Source: Malacoraja senta (lineage: Eukaryota). From it: DNA of 64,000 nt. The first letter of the stretch is position 1. Each line of letters begins with the position of its first letter. This document shows positions 23,899 to 36,990 of the stretch, piece after piece. The notes below the pieces were generated by a model that saw only the letters and a list, made by a program, of their open reading frames with translations, did no database searches and was not told the origin of the DNA. Made by a program: the position numbers and the translations under genes. Location: NCBI GenBank assembly GCA_038087875.1, contig CM075996.1, positions 3,474,001 to 3,538,000 on the forward strand, in the 5' to 3' direction.

Positions 23899-24908
23899 AC
23901 CCTGTTGTTTGTCATGTACATCAATGATCTGGATGATGGTGTGGAAAATTGGATTAGTAAGTATGCAGATGATACTAAGATAGGTGGTGTTGTGGATAAT
24001 GAAGTAGATTTTCAAAGTCTACAGAGAGATTTAGGCCATTTGGAAGAGTGGGCTGAAAGATGGCAGATGGAGTTTAACGCTGACAAATGTGAGGTGCTAC
24101 ATCTCGGCAGGACAAATCAAAATAGGACGTACACGGTAAATGGTAGCGAATTGAGGAATGCAGTTGAACAGAGGGATCTAGGAATAACTGTGCATAGTTC
24201 CCTGAAGGTGGAATCTCATGTAGATAGGGTGGTAAAGAAAGCTTTTGGTGTGCTGGCCTTTATAAATCAGAGCATTGAATATAGAAGTTGGGATGTAATG
24301 TTAAAATTGTACAAGGCATTGGTGAGGCCAATTCTGGAGTATGGAGTACAATTTTGGTCGCCTAATTATAGGAAGGATGTCAACAAAATAGAGAGAGTAC
24401 AGAGAAGATTTACTAGAATGTTGCCTGGGTTTCAGCAACTAAGTTACAGAGAAAGGTTGAACAAGTTAGGTCTTTATTCTTTGGAGCGCAGAAGGTTAAG
24501 AGGGGACTTGATAGAGGTCTTTAAAATTATGAGCGGGTTAGACAGAGTGGACGTGGATAAGCTTTTCCCATTGAGAGTAGGGAAGATTCAAACAAGGGGA
24601 CATGACTTGAGAATTAAGGGACAGAAGTTTAGGGGGAACATTAGGGGGAACTTCTTTACTCAGAGAGTGGTAGCTGTGTGGAATGAGCTTCCAGTGGAAG
24701 TGGTGGAGGCAGGTTCGATGTTATCCTTTAAAAATAGATTGGATGGGTATATGGACGGGAAAGGAATGGAGGGTTATGGTCTGAGTGCAGGTAGATGGGA
24801 CTAGGGGGGAGTATTTATTTTTAATTTTTTTTTTAAATGTTCGGCACAGACTTGAAGGGCCGAGATGGCCTGTTTCCGTGCTGTTATGGTTATATGGTTA
24901 TATGGTTA
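23899..24908 (+). mobile_element. 5'-truncated CR1 LINE with open RT C-terminal frame (23905-24804)
   Basis: YINDL, KYADDTK, WQMEFNADKC, LYKALVRPILEY, ERRRLRGDLIEVFK; tail (TATATGGT)n. Confidence 0.92.
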
Positions 24909-25604
24909 CTGAACCCTACGCAGAGGGAATGAAAATGAAAAGGTGGGTACAACTAAACAAAATTCACAAATGTTTTTTCTACTTACTAAACTTGGGACAA
25001 AAACATGGAGAGCTGCTTTTGTACAGGGTCCTCAGTGAGTAATGGTTGATGCCTGTTACAGTATATTAAATGTAAACTGGGAATTTCTATAAATATAGTA
25101 TACCTTATCAGCCATGAGTTTTGTGGCGAGGCAGTTTCTAGGACTCACAACAAACAATCTATTGTACAGCAAATAAATTAACTTCACAAACAAAGTCTAC
25201 GTGAAGAACATCGGAAATAGAAACTACAACAGATTCTCCCAGTACAAGCAGGGTAACCTCACTAACTTAGAAAACAACATGCAGTGAATGGAGGAAATTA
25301 TACATAAATTATTGAGATAAAATAAACTGCAGTCTTTGACAGTGGTATGTTCACCGAGATTGACTAGGAGGAGAATTAAGTGGGAATTTCTGTTAACTTA
25401 CAAAGGCTGCACACAGCGATAGTACTGTAACAACGTAAAGTGGAGATCGATGCCATTGGTATTGGTATATTATTGTCACGTGTACCGAGATATATTGGAA
25501 AACCTGAATGAAAAACAACGTTTTTTTACTATATCATATAACAATAATAAACCTATACAGAATACGTATTCAGAATTAAAGGACGTTTTTTTAGGAAGGA
25601 GAGG

Positions 25605-25960
25605 AGGAGAAATTTCTTTAGTCAGAGGGTGGTGAATCTGTGGAATTCTTTGCCACAGAAGGTTGTGGAGGTCAAGTCAGCGAATATTTTTAAGGCAGAG
25701 ATAGATAGATTCTTGATTAGTACAGGGGAGAAGGCAGGAACGGGGTACTAATTTTGGATGATCAGCCATGATCACAGTGAATGGCCGTGCTGGCTCGAAG
25801 GGCCGAATGGCCTACTTATGCCCCTATTGTCTATTGTTATGGGGAGAAGGCATGAGAATGGGGTTAGGTGGGAGAAATATATCAGCCATGATTGAATGGC
25901 GGAGTAGACTTGATGGGCCGAATGGCCTAATTCTACTCCTATTCCTTATGACTTTATGAC
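25605..25960 (+). mobile_element. Concatenated CR1 3' fragments
   Basis: TTTAGTCAGAGGGTGGTGAATCTGTGGAATTC and two successive GGGCCGAATGGCCTA tails. Confidence 0.7.
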
Positions 25961-26261
25961 CTACTAGACTAAGTGGGACCCGTTGGGTCCTAGCATCACA
26001 CGGGAGGGCTGGTCCCCCAACGCAATATTCCACCTCTCCACCAATTCCAATATTGGTGGCCAGTGGGGGGGGGGGGGCTTTCTGGAGCGCTAGTGTGGGT
26101 GTTATGGGCAGAAGGGACTGTTTCCAGAGGGCTAGTATGGACATTGTGGGCCGAATGGAATCTTGGGCTGGCGGCTCAGTCATTCAAGCCTGTTGTGCTG
26201 GCAGCTCACTCACTCACAGCTGGTGGTCTGGCAGTTGACTCACGGTTATTCCTTGAAATTC

Positions 26262-26382
26262 CATTTCAAGCAGGGTGCAAGGCCACCAAATTCAAGTGCA
26301 GTTTCTTACCACTTCAAGCAGGGTGCAAGGCCACCAAATTCAAGTGCAGTTTCTTACCATTTCAAGCAGGGTGCAAGGCCAC
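26262..26382. repeat. 48-bp tandem repeat, ~2.5 copies, inside the Helitron
   Basis: CAAGCAGGGTGCAAGGCCAC at 26267, 26315 and 26363. Confidence 0.9.
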
Positions 26383-26724
26383 TAAAGACAGCGAGTCATG
26401 ACCTCTCCCTCCTCCATCTTGCAGAGACTGAGCCATGCCCACACTTCTGGGTTTTATATTTCCTCCCCCCATGGCGTGATTGACAGGAGAGAGAAGCTCA
26501 ACATTTTTAAAACACTAATAACTCTTTTATTTTTCATTGATGGGAAAAATCCTCAGCACCTGATGAGCGGAGGGGGACTCTGAGTAAGATGGCCAATAAT
26601 CACAGCCGTACGTGGTAGCGTTTTTTCTAAAATCAATATAAAGCACAAACAGGAAGTGGTCAAGATCAGATTTTAATTATATAGAAGGCAAGGCAACTTT
26701 AATTAGGCGAGGCAACTTTAATTA

Positions 26725-26937
26725 GGCAACACAGCTTTAGCATTTCCAAACCAAGGCAACACAGCTTTAGCATTTCCAAACCAAAGGCAATACAGCTTTA
26801 GCATTTCCAAACCAAAGGCAATACAGCTTTAGCATTTCCAAACCAAAGGCAACACAGCTTTAGCATTTCCAAACCAAAGGCAACACAGCTTTAACATTTC
26901 CAAACCAAAGGCAACACAGGTTTAGCATTTCCAAACT
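26725..26937. repeat. 30-31-bp minisatellite, 7 copies, inside the Helitron
   Basis: Unit GGCAACACAGCTTTAGCATTTCCAAACCAA(A), contiguous with no spacers. Confidence 0.92.
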
Positions 26938-27820
26938 ATATTTTCAAACCACATTAAGGGCACTGACAGGTCAGTAAAACCACTCACAGCTTAGTAGACA
27001 TGTTTACAGTGTTATTCACAGCTCAGACTGAGAGACGTGACCCTCTCGCTTCCCCCATCTTGCAGAGACTGACTGAGGCACTTAACACTCCCGGGTTTTA
27101 TAGTCCCTCCGGAAGGGGCGTGGCCTTTAGGAGAGAGAATCTCAACATTTTTTAAACACTAATAACTCTTATTTTTCATCGATGGGAAAAATCCTCTTGT
27201 CCTGCGCAGCGGAGGGAGACTCTGAGTAAGATGGCCAAAAATCACAGCCATAAGAGGCAGAGTTTTTTCTAAAATCAATATACAGAACAACAGGAAGTGG
27301 TCAAGATCAGAGTTTTAGTAATATAGATACCAGTACCAGTAGCTACCATTTGCACTTTGTCTGGTTATCACAAGGTGCAGCTTTTATTCACTCTCAGAGA
27401 TTCTCACTTGATATGGAAAGATGTGTCATACACTACAGTGTGTTTTACAGGGTTGCATTAATGGAGGGAGGTTGCAGCTCGGGTAGAGTGTGACACGCCT
27501 TTGCACACTTTCATGGTGGTTGGATCACATGACCTCTCGCTCCAATGACCCATATCTCTCAATGGCCTCTTTGTCCCCATCACTTCTTTGGTATTTTCGT
27601 GATTAATAAAGCAACCACTCCGAGCATTTTCCTTCTGAAAGTTGCTGAGCCGGTTGTCGCCCGAATAGTCATTGCATATCCTTTGAGTACGTTGCTCCCT
27701 CTGATGGCTGAGCTGAGATATGACATTTGTGCAAAACAGCTACTGCCTCAAATGTCTGTAGTTTAGATCTTATCGAAATATCCTCAAAGTATTCTTCAAC
27801 ACCAACACATTCTCACCAAG

Positions 27821-28170
27821 AAGGGTCTGAAGAAGGGCCCTGACCCAAAACGTCACCTATCCATGTGTAGGAAAGAACTGCAGATGCTAGTTTAAATCGA
27901 AGAATGGCACAAAATGGTGGAGTAACCAGGGAAACAGGCAGCATCTCCTGAGAGAAGGAATGGGTGATGTTTTGGGTCGACACTCAAGAAGGGTCTCGAC
28001 TCGAAACGTCACCCATTCCTTCTCTCCAGAGATGCTGCCAGCCCCGCTGAGTTACTCCACCATTTTGTGTCTCATCCCAAATCCATGTTCTCCAGAGATA
28101 CTCCCTGACCCGCTATTACTCCAGTACTTTGTGCCTGTTTTAGTAAACCAGCATCTGCAGTTCCTTGTGT
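27821..28170. mobile_element. Nested and inverted Penelope-like terminal repeats
   Basis: Plus-strand hammerhead-like GGGTCTGAAGAAGGGCCCTGACCCAAAACGTCACC, then an inverted pair, then the rest of the first copy. Confidence 0.7.
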
Positions 28171-29750
28171 CAAGAATGCCAAGAGTGTTCTATTTTCATA
28201 TGTCCAGAAACGGAACAATGAACTTCGTACTTTCAGCAGCACAACAGATAGGTACATGTGATACCCAGTAGACACCATGATAAACAACAAAAATAAGTTC
28301 AATATATATTTAAAAAAACAACAGTGCAAAGACAAAAAACAAAGCACCAAGTCCCTAGTTAAGACAGATTGGTGTTTAGTTAGAGTTTGTAGAGCTCAAT
28401 AGCCTGGTGGTTGTTGGAAGAAGCTGCTTCTGAACCTGGACATTATAGTTTTCAGGCACTTATGCCTTCCTAGTCTATATATACCCACCACGGATCAGAC
28501 TCTGCCTGAGCTTCTGAATGTTTCCAGCATCTTCTATTTTCAACCGAGACAAACTTCTCTGCAACCTCTCCAATGCAAGTATATCCTTTCTATAATCCAG
28601 ATGCCAAAAATATACACGGTTCTCCGTGTGATATCACCCATAACGTTACATTATAACTACTCTACTGATATATTTCATTTTCCATACCACTTATAAAAAG
28701 GCCAACACTTTATTAACCTAACTAATTACTTGCCTCATCTGCATGTTTTTTTTGTTTAGTTTCCAGTAGTTTGAGGCATGACGTTATTTATGTAGCAGAA
28801 ACTGCCTACTTCCTGCTGGCGCTGATGATGGCTGCCACAGTGTACTGCTCCTTGCTGTTTTGTATGTGTTTGTTTGTGTCGTCTGTGAAAATCCCATAAA
28901 GATCACTTTCATGAGAGTGGTACTCATTAACATCAGACATACGGTACCTCCAAACATCATTCTGGATTTCTCTCACTCGCTGGATTATTTGGACATACTC
29001 GTTGGCGGGGCTGTGGCTGTGTTCGAGTTCTTGAGATGGAGGAGGACCCGTGGGAAGCGCTCACCCGACTCCGGTGACGAGGATTACGCACACCTCTCCC
29101 GAGTATATTCCTTGGAAATCTATGTTCTCTCAACAACAAAGTGGACAAACTGCAACTCCTGCGCCAGACAAAAAAGGACTTCTTTTGAGTCGCTGCCATG
29201 AAACTAATATCTGCCAAGCCTGTGGTCAGAACAATGAAAATGTGTACAAGCGAGGGCATTGAAAACCTACAGTCCTGCTTTGACTGCACTGATTGGAATG
29301 TGTTCAGGAAAGCAACCACAAGCCTCAACGAATATACAAACACTGTGACATCATATGTCAGCTTTTGTGAGGACAGTTTCAATCCCACTAGGACCTTGGA
29401 TTTGGTTCAACAATGACAAGCCCTGGTTTACAGCAGAACGCAGACAGCTCCGACAGTCTAAAGAGGAAGCTTACAGCAGCGGGGATGCAGACCTCTACAG
29501 GCAGGCCAAGTACAAGCTGAGAAGAGGAATCAGAGATGTCAAGGAATGGAACTCTGAGAAGTTGAGGAGCAAGTTCTCAGCTAATGACTCTTCTTCAGTT
29601 TGCAAGGGCTTACAAGAGGAACCCCCCCCCGCCCCCCGCCCCCCCGCTCCTTGGACAATCGTCAGCTGACCAACGACTTGAACGAGTTCTACTCAGAGTT
29701 CTACTGCAGGTTCGATAAACAGAAACATAACTCTGGTTCCCCCTCCCCCC

Positions 29751-30037
29751 CTCCCCAATCACCACTTCACACCTACTCACAGCCTGACTCCAGTCTGCAA
29801 AGACTGGGCCCTTCCCCACCCATGCCTCCCCAATCACCACTTCACACCTACTCACAGCCTGACTCCAGTCTGCAAAGACTGGGCCCTTCCCCACCCATGC
29901 CTCCCCAATCACCACTTCACACCTACTCACAGCCTGACTCCAGTCTGCAAAGACTGGGCCCTTCCCCACCCATGCCTCCCCAATCACCACTTCACACCTA
30001 CTTACAGCCTGACTCCAGTCTGCAAAGACTGGGCCCT
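29751..30037 (+). repeat. 75-bp tandem repeat, ~3.8 near-identical copies, in frame in the Rex1 ORF
   Basis: Encodes (PPQSPLHTYSQPDSSLQRLGPSPPM)n; units start at 29751, 29826, 29901 and 29976. Confidence 0.93.
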
Positions 30038-30086
30038 CATCCACTACCCACCCCCTCCTTGCTGCCCAACTTCAGTCTGGCCACTT

Positions 30087-30945
30087 CATAGCAAAAGGAT
30101 TTGAGTATAGGAGCAGGGAGGTTCTACTGCAGTTGTACAGGGTCTTGGTGAGACCACACCTGGAGTATTGCGTACAGTTTTGGTCTCCAAATCTGAGGAA
30201 GGACATTATAGCCATAGAGGGAGTGCAGAGAAGGTTCACCAGACTGATGCCTGGGATGTCAGGACTTTCATATGAAGAAAGACTGGATAGACTTGGCTTA
30301 TACTCGCTAGAATTTAGGAGATTGAGAGGGGATCTTATAGAAATGTACAAAATTCTTATGGGGTTGGACAGGCTAGATGCAGGAAGATTGTTCCCGATGT
30401 TGGGGAAGTCCAGGACAAGGGGTCACAGCTTAAGGATAAGGGGGAAATCCTTTAAGACTGAGATGAGAAAAAACGTTTTCACACAGAGAGTGGTGAATCT
30501 CTGGAACTCTCTGCCACAGAGGGTAGTTGAGGCCAGTTCATTGGCTATATTTAAGAGGGAGTTAGATGTGGCCCTTGTGGCTAAAGGGATCAGGGGGTAT
30601 GGATAGAAGGCAGGTACGGGATACTAAGTTGGATGATCAGCCATGATCATATTGTATATCTTTATTGTCATTTCGAGCCTGCACCGCCATATTGAATGGC
30701 GGTGCAGGCTCGAAGGGCCGAATGGTCTACTCCTGCACCTATTTTCTATGTATCTATGTATATTTAAGAGGGAGTTAGATGTGGCCCTTGTGGCTAAAGG
30801 GATCAGGGGGTATGGAGAGAAGGCAGGTACGGGATACTGAGTTGGATGATCAGCCTTGATCATATTGAATGGCGGTGCAGGCACGAAGGGCCGAATGGTC
30901 TACTCTTGCACCTATTTTCTATGGATCTATGTATGTATCTATGCA
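30087..30945 (+). mobile_element. CR1 3' fragment with duplicated 3' end, nested in Rex1
   Basis: LYRVLVRPHLEYCVQFWSP...FRRLRGDLIE; the segment TATATTTAAGAGGGAGTTAGATGTGG...CCTATTTTCTATG occurs twice (~30546 and ~30759). Confidence 0.88.
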
Positions 30946-32539
30946 TACGAACAATAGAAATTGAGGAGGTGGAGAGGCTATTCAGATAACAGGAAAGCCA
31001 GAAATCTCCAGGTCCAGACAGTGTTTCCCCCTCTACCCTCAAGCTCTGTGCCAAACAATCTACACAGACATTTTCAACCAGTTCCTGCAAACTGTCCCTG
31101 TCTGCTTCAAAGTCTGCACTATTGTCCCTGTACCCAAAAAGATAGGGATTATTGGTCTTAATGACAACAGGCTGTCACACTGACCTCTGTAGTCATGAAG
31201 ACCCTTGAAAGACGTGCTGGCCCAGCTAAAAAATATCACAAACCCCCTGCTGGACCCTTTGCAGTTTGCATTCCGGGCCAATAGATCAGTGGATGACGCA
31301 GTCAACCTAGGCCTGCACTTCATCCTCCAGCACCTACACCACCAGGGGACCTATGCGAGGATTTTGTTTGCTGATTTTAGCTATACATTCAACACCATTG
31401 TGCCAGAGCTACTACACTCCAAACTCTCCCAGTTGACTGTGCCTGAACCCCTCTGTCAGTGGATCACCAACTTCATGACGCAGCATGTGAGGCTGGGAAA
31501 GCACGTCTCGGACCCGCAGACCCTCAGCATAGGAGCACCGCAAGGCTGCGTACTCTCCCCTCTCCTTTATTCTCTCTACACCAACAACTGCACCTCCACA
31601 GCATCTCAAGTTTGTGGACGACACAACCCTGATTGGACTGATCCAGGATGGGGAGGAATCTGCTTTCAGACAGGAAGTAATACAGCTGGCGTCCTGGTGC
31701 CTTCGCAACAACCTGGAGCTCAATGCTCTTAAGACAATGGAATTGATTGTAGACTTTAGGAGAGCTCCCCCTCCCCTCCCCCCTCTCACCATCAACGACA
31801 CCACAGTCACATCGGTGGAGTTTTTAAAGTTCCTTAGAACCATCATCTCCAAAGACCTTAAATAGAGGGGGGGGGGGGGGGGGGGCACCATCGATTCCAC
31901 AGTCAAAAAGGCCCAACAGAGGATCTACTTCCTGCTGCAGCTGAGGAAACACAATCTGCCACAGGCAATGATGGTCTAATTCTACACGGCCATCGTAGAG
32001 TCTGTCCTCACCTTCTCCATCATGGTCTGGTTTGGCTCAGCCACCAAGCACGACATCCGGAGGCTGCAGCGAATCGTTCGATCAGTTGAGAAGGTTGTTG
32101 GCTGCAACCTTCCCCCCATTAACGAACTGTACACTGCAAGGGCCAGGAAGCGAGCGAGTGAGATCATCTCTGACCCTTCTCACCCTGGCCACAAACTCTT
32201 TGAAGCACTTCCCTCTGGAAGGTGACTCCGGACTGTCAAAGCCGTCACAGCCAGACATAGAAACAGCTTTTTTCCACGAACAGTAGCTCGACTCAATAAC
32301 CAAAAATCTGTAGCCTCCTTTTGCTCTGGTATTTTATTTCATTCACATGTTTAAACTATAATGTTTTATTCTTAATGTTTTAATGTTTTATGTTTTATTC
32401 TTAATTGTTTACTGTATGTCGTGTGTTACTTGCGAGCGGAGCACCAAGGCAAATTCCTTGTATGTGTACATACTTGGCCAATAAACTTATTCATTCATTC
32501 ATTCATTCATTCATTCATTCATTCATTCAAATAAGTGCA

Positions 32540-32742
32540 TACAAGGAACTGCAGATGCCAATCTACAAAAATAATACATAAAATGTTGGAGTAACACAGT
32601 GGTCAGGCAGCATCCCCAGAGATCATGACAGGTGACCTTTGGGTTGCGCGTCTGAGGAAGGGTCCTGACTAGAAACGTTAACTATCCATGTTCTCCAGAG
32701 ATGCTCCCTGACCCGCTGAGTTGATATAGCACTTTGTGTCTT
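32540..32742. mobile_element. Inverted pair of Penelope-like terminal repeats
   Basis: AAGGAACTGCAGATG...GGCAGCATC then GTCTGAGGAAGGGTCCTGACTAGAAACGTT...AGAGATGC. Confidence 0.7.
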
Positions 32743-33160
32743 TTTAGTAGCAGCTATAAGGTTCCACAAGCTCTCGGCCCATACTTCCTTGCACTGTATT
32801 GAGGATTGTGGGAAAGTGATTGTCAATTTCAGTCACTTTAGTCAATGGCTCCCTACTCAATGCTTTGTGATTTGGAAACATTCCCTGGAGTTCATTTTCA
32901 TTCATCCAGCATTGCCAGTGATTGCATTGCCTGTACACCAGCACCCTCTTCTGGATTGCCACAAGACAACCAGATTTTAAATGCCTCGGTCTTGCAGATG
33001 ATTTCAGACTTGAAAAATCGTCTGTCCATTTCCCTTCAGAGATACTGGCTGTCCTACAAAGGTCCTCCAGCACTTTGTGTTGTGTTCATCTTTTTCATGC
33101 AATCGTTCTTTGTAATGTCGATAAATGTCTGTTGAATGTTATGAACTAGCTGCTTAAATA

Positions 33161-33775
33161 TAGACAATAGACAATAGGTGCAGGAGTAGGCCATTCGGCC
33201 CTTCGAGCCAGCACCGCCATTCAATGTGATCATGGCTGATCATCCCCAATCAGTACCCCATTCTGCCTTCTGCCCATATCCCCTGACTCCGCTATTTTTA
33301 AGAGCCTATCTAGCTCTCTCTTGAAAGCATTCAGAGAACCTGCCTCCACCGGCCTCTGAGGCAGAGAATTCCATGGCCTCACCACTCTCTGTGAGAAAAA
33401 GTGTTTCCTCGACTCCGTTCTAAATGGCTTACTCCTTATTCTTAAACTGTGGCCCCTGGTTCTGGACTCCCCCAACATCGGGAAAATGTTTCCTGCCTCT
33501 AGCGTGTCCAAACCCTTAACAATCTTATATGTTTCAATGAGATATCCTCTCATCCTTCTAAACTCCAGAGTGTACAAGCCCAGCTGCTCCATTGTCTCAG
33601 CATATGACAGTCCCGCCATCCCAGGAATTAACCTTGTAAACCTACACTGCACTCCCACAATAGCAAGAATGTCCTTCCTCAAATTAGGGGACCAAAACTG
33701 CACACAATACTCCAGGTGTGGTCTCACTAGGACTCTGTACAACTGCAGAAGGACCTTCTTGCTTCTATATTCGAT
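33161..33775 (-). mobile_element. CR1 3' fragment with (TATTGTC)n tail
   Basis: ORF 33230-33784 has LYRVLVRPHLEYCVQFWSP and FRRMRGYLIETYK. Confidence 0.9.
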
Positions 33776-35136
33776 ATCTGCCACTGATGTGTCCTTTGGC
33801 CTATTTATTCAGAACACTTTGTACGACTCTACCTTATTGCCCTTATTCAAGTTGAGCTCATTGGATTTGGACCCTGAGTGTTCACCCTCAAATTATACCT
33901 GGAGCTCTGCTCCCTAAAAATCCTTAATCATAACATATCTTATTAAGCCTACCTCTTACACATGGCTAGATCTAAAATGGGCTGTTCCCAGGTAAGTCTT
34001 GTATAGACACAAAGTGCTGGAGTAACTCAGTGGGTCAGGCAGCATCTCAGGAGAAAAAGGATGGGTCCCGACCCAAAACATCACTCATCCTTTTTCTCCA
34101 GAGATGCTGCCTGACCTTTGGCATAAACCAGCAATCTCAGTTCTTTGTTTCTAGGTTCTGTAATATACTGCTCTAAGAATTATTCTTTCACTGTTACCCT
34201 GACAATTTGATTAGTCTAATCAAGATGCTGATTACGATTACCCATAAAGATTGTAGCTCCCTTGCATAATTCCCCATTTATGCTGCTACAGCATCACTTT
34301 GCGAGCCATAGACTACACTGGTCATGTCTCCTATTGACTGCTATTCATTATTTATGCCACAACCAATTCCATGTTACCTTCCAATGCATATATACCACTA
34401 TTCAGCACAATTTCTAGAAATCTCAACCATTTCTCCAGTGTGGGTCATGCATCAGATCTTAGAGTCCAGCAGGCGTTAAAGCCAAAGCAGGAATCATCAA
34501 CAGCGCAGATATTCCTGAGCACACAGTATTATTCATGGGTCAGTACCCTCAGCCGCAGTTAGAAGTGAACATGCACAGCTATGGTCTCATTCTATGACAT
34601 GGAGTTACGTGTTAAGTGTTTAAAAGGAAAGAAAGAGAGTGGAGTGGTGTAGCGGAGAATTATAAGGTCAGGATCTTAGCAGCTGAAGGCGAGGCCCAAA
34701 CACAGTGGGCTAAAGAAACCAGAGGCCAGAACAGGCAGAGGATAGTTGGGTGAGAGGGGCAGACATGAAGAATCTCCACATGTAGCACAATTCCTCAACC
34801 CAACACGGAAATCCTGATAAGTCCAGTGGGCAGACTTTTATAAAGCAGCAACAGCAGCCATGCAGTATTTAATGTATTTCATGTATTTTGTGTTTTTATG
34901 ACTGTTGGCAGATCAATTTCCCTCCTGGGATATATAAAGTTCTATCGTATCGTAGCGAACAGGCCCTTCAGTCCAAATTGTCCATGATGACCAAGATGCC
35001 TATCCACGTAGGTCCTACTTGCCCACATGCTTCCAAGATGACGCCCAACACAGGCAACTATTTGCATGCTAGCCATAGAAGCAGATCTGCAAACTCACAT
35101 TACAATCGCTCCACACTCTTAAATCAGTATTCCTTA

Positions 35137-35406
35137 TGGGGCTGTCCCACTGTACGAGCTCATTCAAGAGCCCTCCCGTAGAATGTACGTAGCGGCTACG
35201 TCGGAGCTCGGGATGTCTCTTAGCGGCTCGCAACGCTAACGGAAGGTACTCGGGAAACGCGGTAAGCTTGGGAAGACTCGTGAAGATTTTTCAACATGTT
35301 GAGAGCCTCAAGTACCTACGAGCGGCCATTACCATAATTCTCCGAGTTCGAATCAGAGGAAACTCGGGAGAACTCTTGAATTAACTCGTACAGTGGGACA
35401 GCGCCA
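35137..35406. mobile_element. MITE with ~33-bp TIRs and TA/TWA flanks
   Basis: TGGGGCTGTCCCACTGTACGAGCTCATTCAAGAG vs CTCTTGAATTAACTCGTACAGTGGGACAGCGCCA. Confidence 0.85.
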
Positions 35407-35605
35407 TAAAGCAAAATTTTTATACACTGTAAATGGATTGATTATAATCTGTTATTGTCTTTCTGCTGACTGGTTAGCACGCAACTAAAAATTTTCACTG
35501 TACCTCGGTACACATGACAATAAACTAAACTGAAACACATTGACCCATATCCCACAAAACCTTTCCTATCCTTGTACCTGTCCAAATGTTTTTTAAATAC
35601 TGTTA

Positions 35606-35855
35606 AGGGGCCTGTCCCACTTTCATGAGGTAATTCACGAATTCTCCCGAGTTTTCCCCTGATTCAAACTCGCAGAATGTTCGTAACGAGTCCGTAGGAG
35701 TTTGTAGATATATCGTAGCAGCTCGTTACGCTAGCCGTAGGTACTCGTGGCATCAGGTAAGTCGGGACGTTTTTTCCAGCCCGATAAAAAATGTCCACGA
35801 GTAAAAAAAATGGTCGGGATGAAAGAATTAAGTCGTGAAAGTGGGACAGGCCCTT
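35606..35855. mobile_element. Related MITE inserted in a CR1 3' end
   Basis: AGGGGCCTGTCCCACTTTCATGA vs TCGTGAAAGTGGGACAGGCCCTT; removal restores TGTTATAGTACCTGCCTCAAC. Confidence 0.85.
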
Positions 35856-36990
35856 TATAGTACCTGCCTCAACTGCTCCCTCTGGCAGCTCATTCCATAT
35901 ACCCACCATGTTCCATAATCCTGCCCTGAACTCAAGGCACATCCCGCAAAGGCTAAGAAGCAGGGTTCCAACTCCCAAAAGTATGTCAGGTGTAGCAGGA
36001 TCGGAGTAGGTAGCCAAAGTAAATATTTATACCGTAATAAATATTTATTACATAATAAACACATTAAAAATACATGCCTCTCAAGTCCCAGATTAACTGT
36101 CAACACTTGAAGAAGAATCTAATATCCTTCGGGGTTTTTTTAGCAAGAATTGTTAGTTGAGCTGATGTCTTATCCATTTGTACAACTGGGTCATGTTTCT
36201 CAGTTCAGCTATCGGTAATCTTTTCCTCTTATTCCCTTTGAGAATATCTGCTGACGTTCCTTGTGACATGGGCTTAGAAAAGTTTTAGCATTGAATTTGT
36301 TTTTTAGTCTAACTTTTGCTGATCCATTTTGGGAGGGCAGTAGGTTGTAGCCAAAAGGATTAGCAACAGAGGACTAATTTTACAGATTTGTCATTATCAG
36401 GAAAAATAAGGTACATGTACATGTGTATAGGCTGTGCTTTATTTGGTGATGGCACATGCCAATACAGTGCATCAACACCTCTAAAAAGTGACAGTACAAT
36501 CTACTGGCATCTCAAAAAGTTAATAATAGATTGATGTACAGCAGTCAATAGTGTCACGTGAACTCCAATATGCATACTGGCACCTTTATGTCTCCAAACA
36601 AAAAACTACATATAGGAGATGGCTATCGTGAGCCCTTTGAGGTTTAAAGAGGATGTAGGAGAGATCCGAAGAAAGCAGTTAGGAGGGCAGAATGGGGTTA
36701 TGAAATAGCTCTGGGCAACAGAATTAAAGAAAAACTATTAAAAAATATATCAAATAAGGCAGGAAAAATATCTTTAAAGGCAGGAACTCAAACTATGAAT
36801 GATTGTTACTTTGCTCTTAGGGGGCAGCTTTCCTTAAGTCATCCTATCCAAAGCAGTAGTACTTGCAATGGAGCGACTATAACAAAGGTTCACCCAATTC
36901 ATTTCCTACTCACGCTACCTCGGCAAGGCCAGCAAGCATAATCAATGATAAGTCGCACCCTGGCCACTCCCTCTTCTCCCCTCTCTCATC

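Larger units (their letters stand above)
25964..27327 (-). mobile_element. Non-autonomous Helitron
   Basis: Minus strand starts TCTATATTACT (27327) and ends ...GGACCC-AAC-GGGTCC-CACTTAGT-CTAG (25964). Inserted between A and T with no TSD; internal minisatellites. Confidence 0.85.
28810..32528 (+). mobile_element. Degenerate near-full-span Rex1/Babar LINE with most of the endonuclease deleted
   Basis: [72 protein letters not shown]; (F)VDDTTLIGLI; VWFGSATK; tail AATAAACT(TATTC/TTCA)n; multiple frameshifts. Confidence 0.88.

Noticed and set aside
26725..26937. CRISPR-like array of ~31-bp repeats
   Set aside because: Units are contiguous with no unique spacers, there are no cas genes, the context is eukaryotic, and the array lies inside a Helitron.
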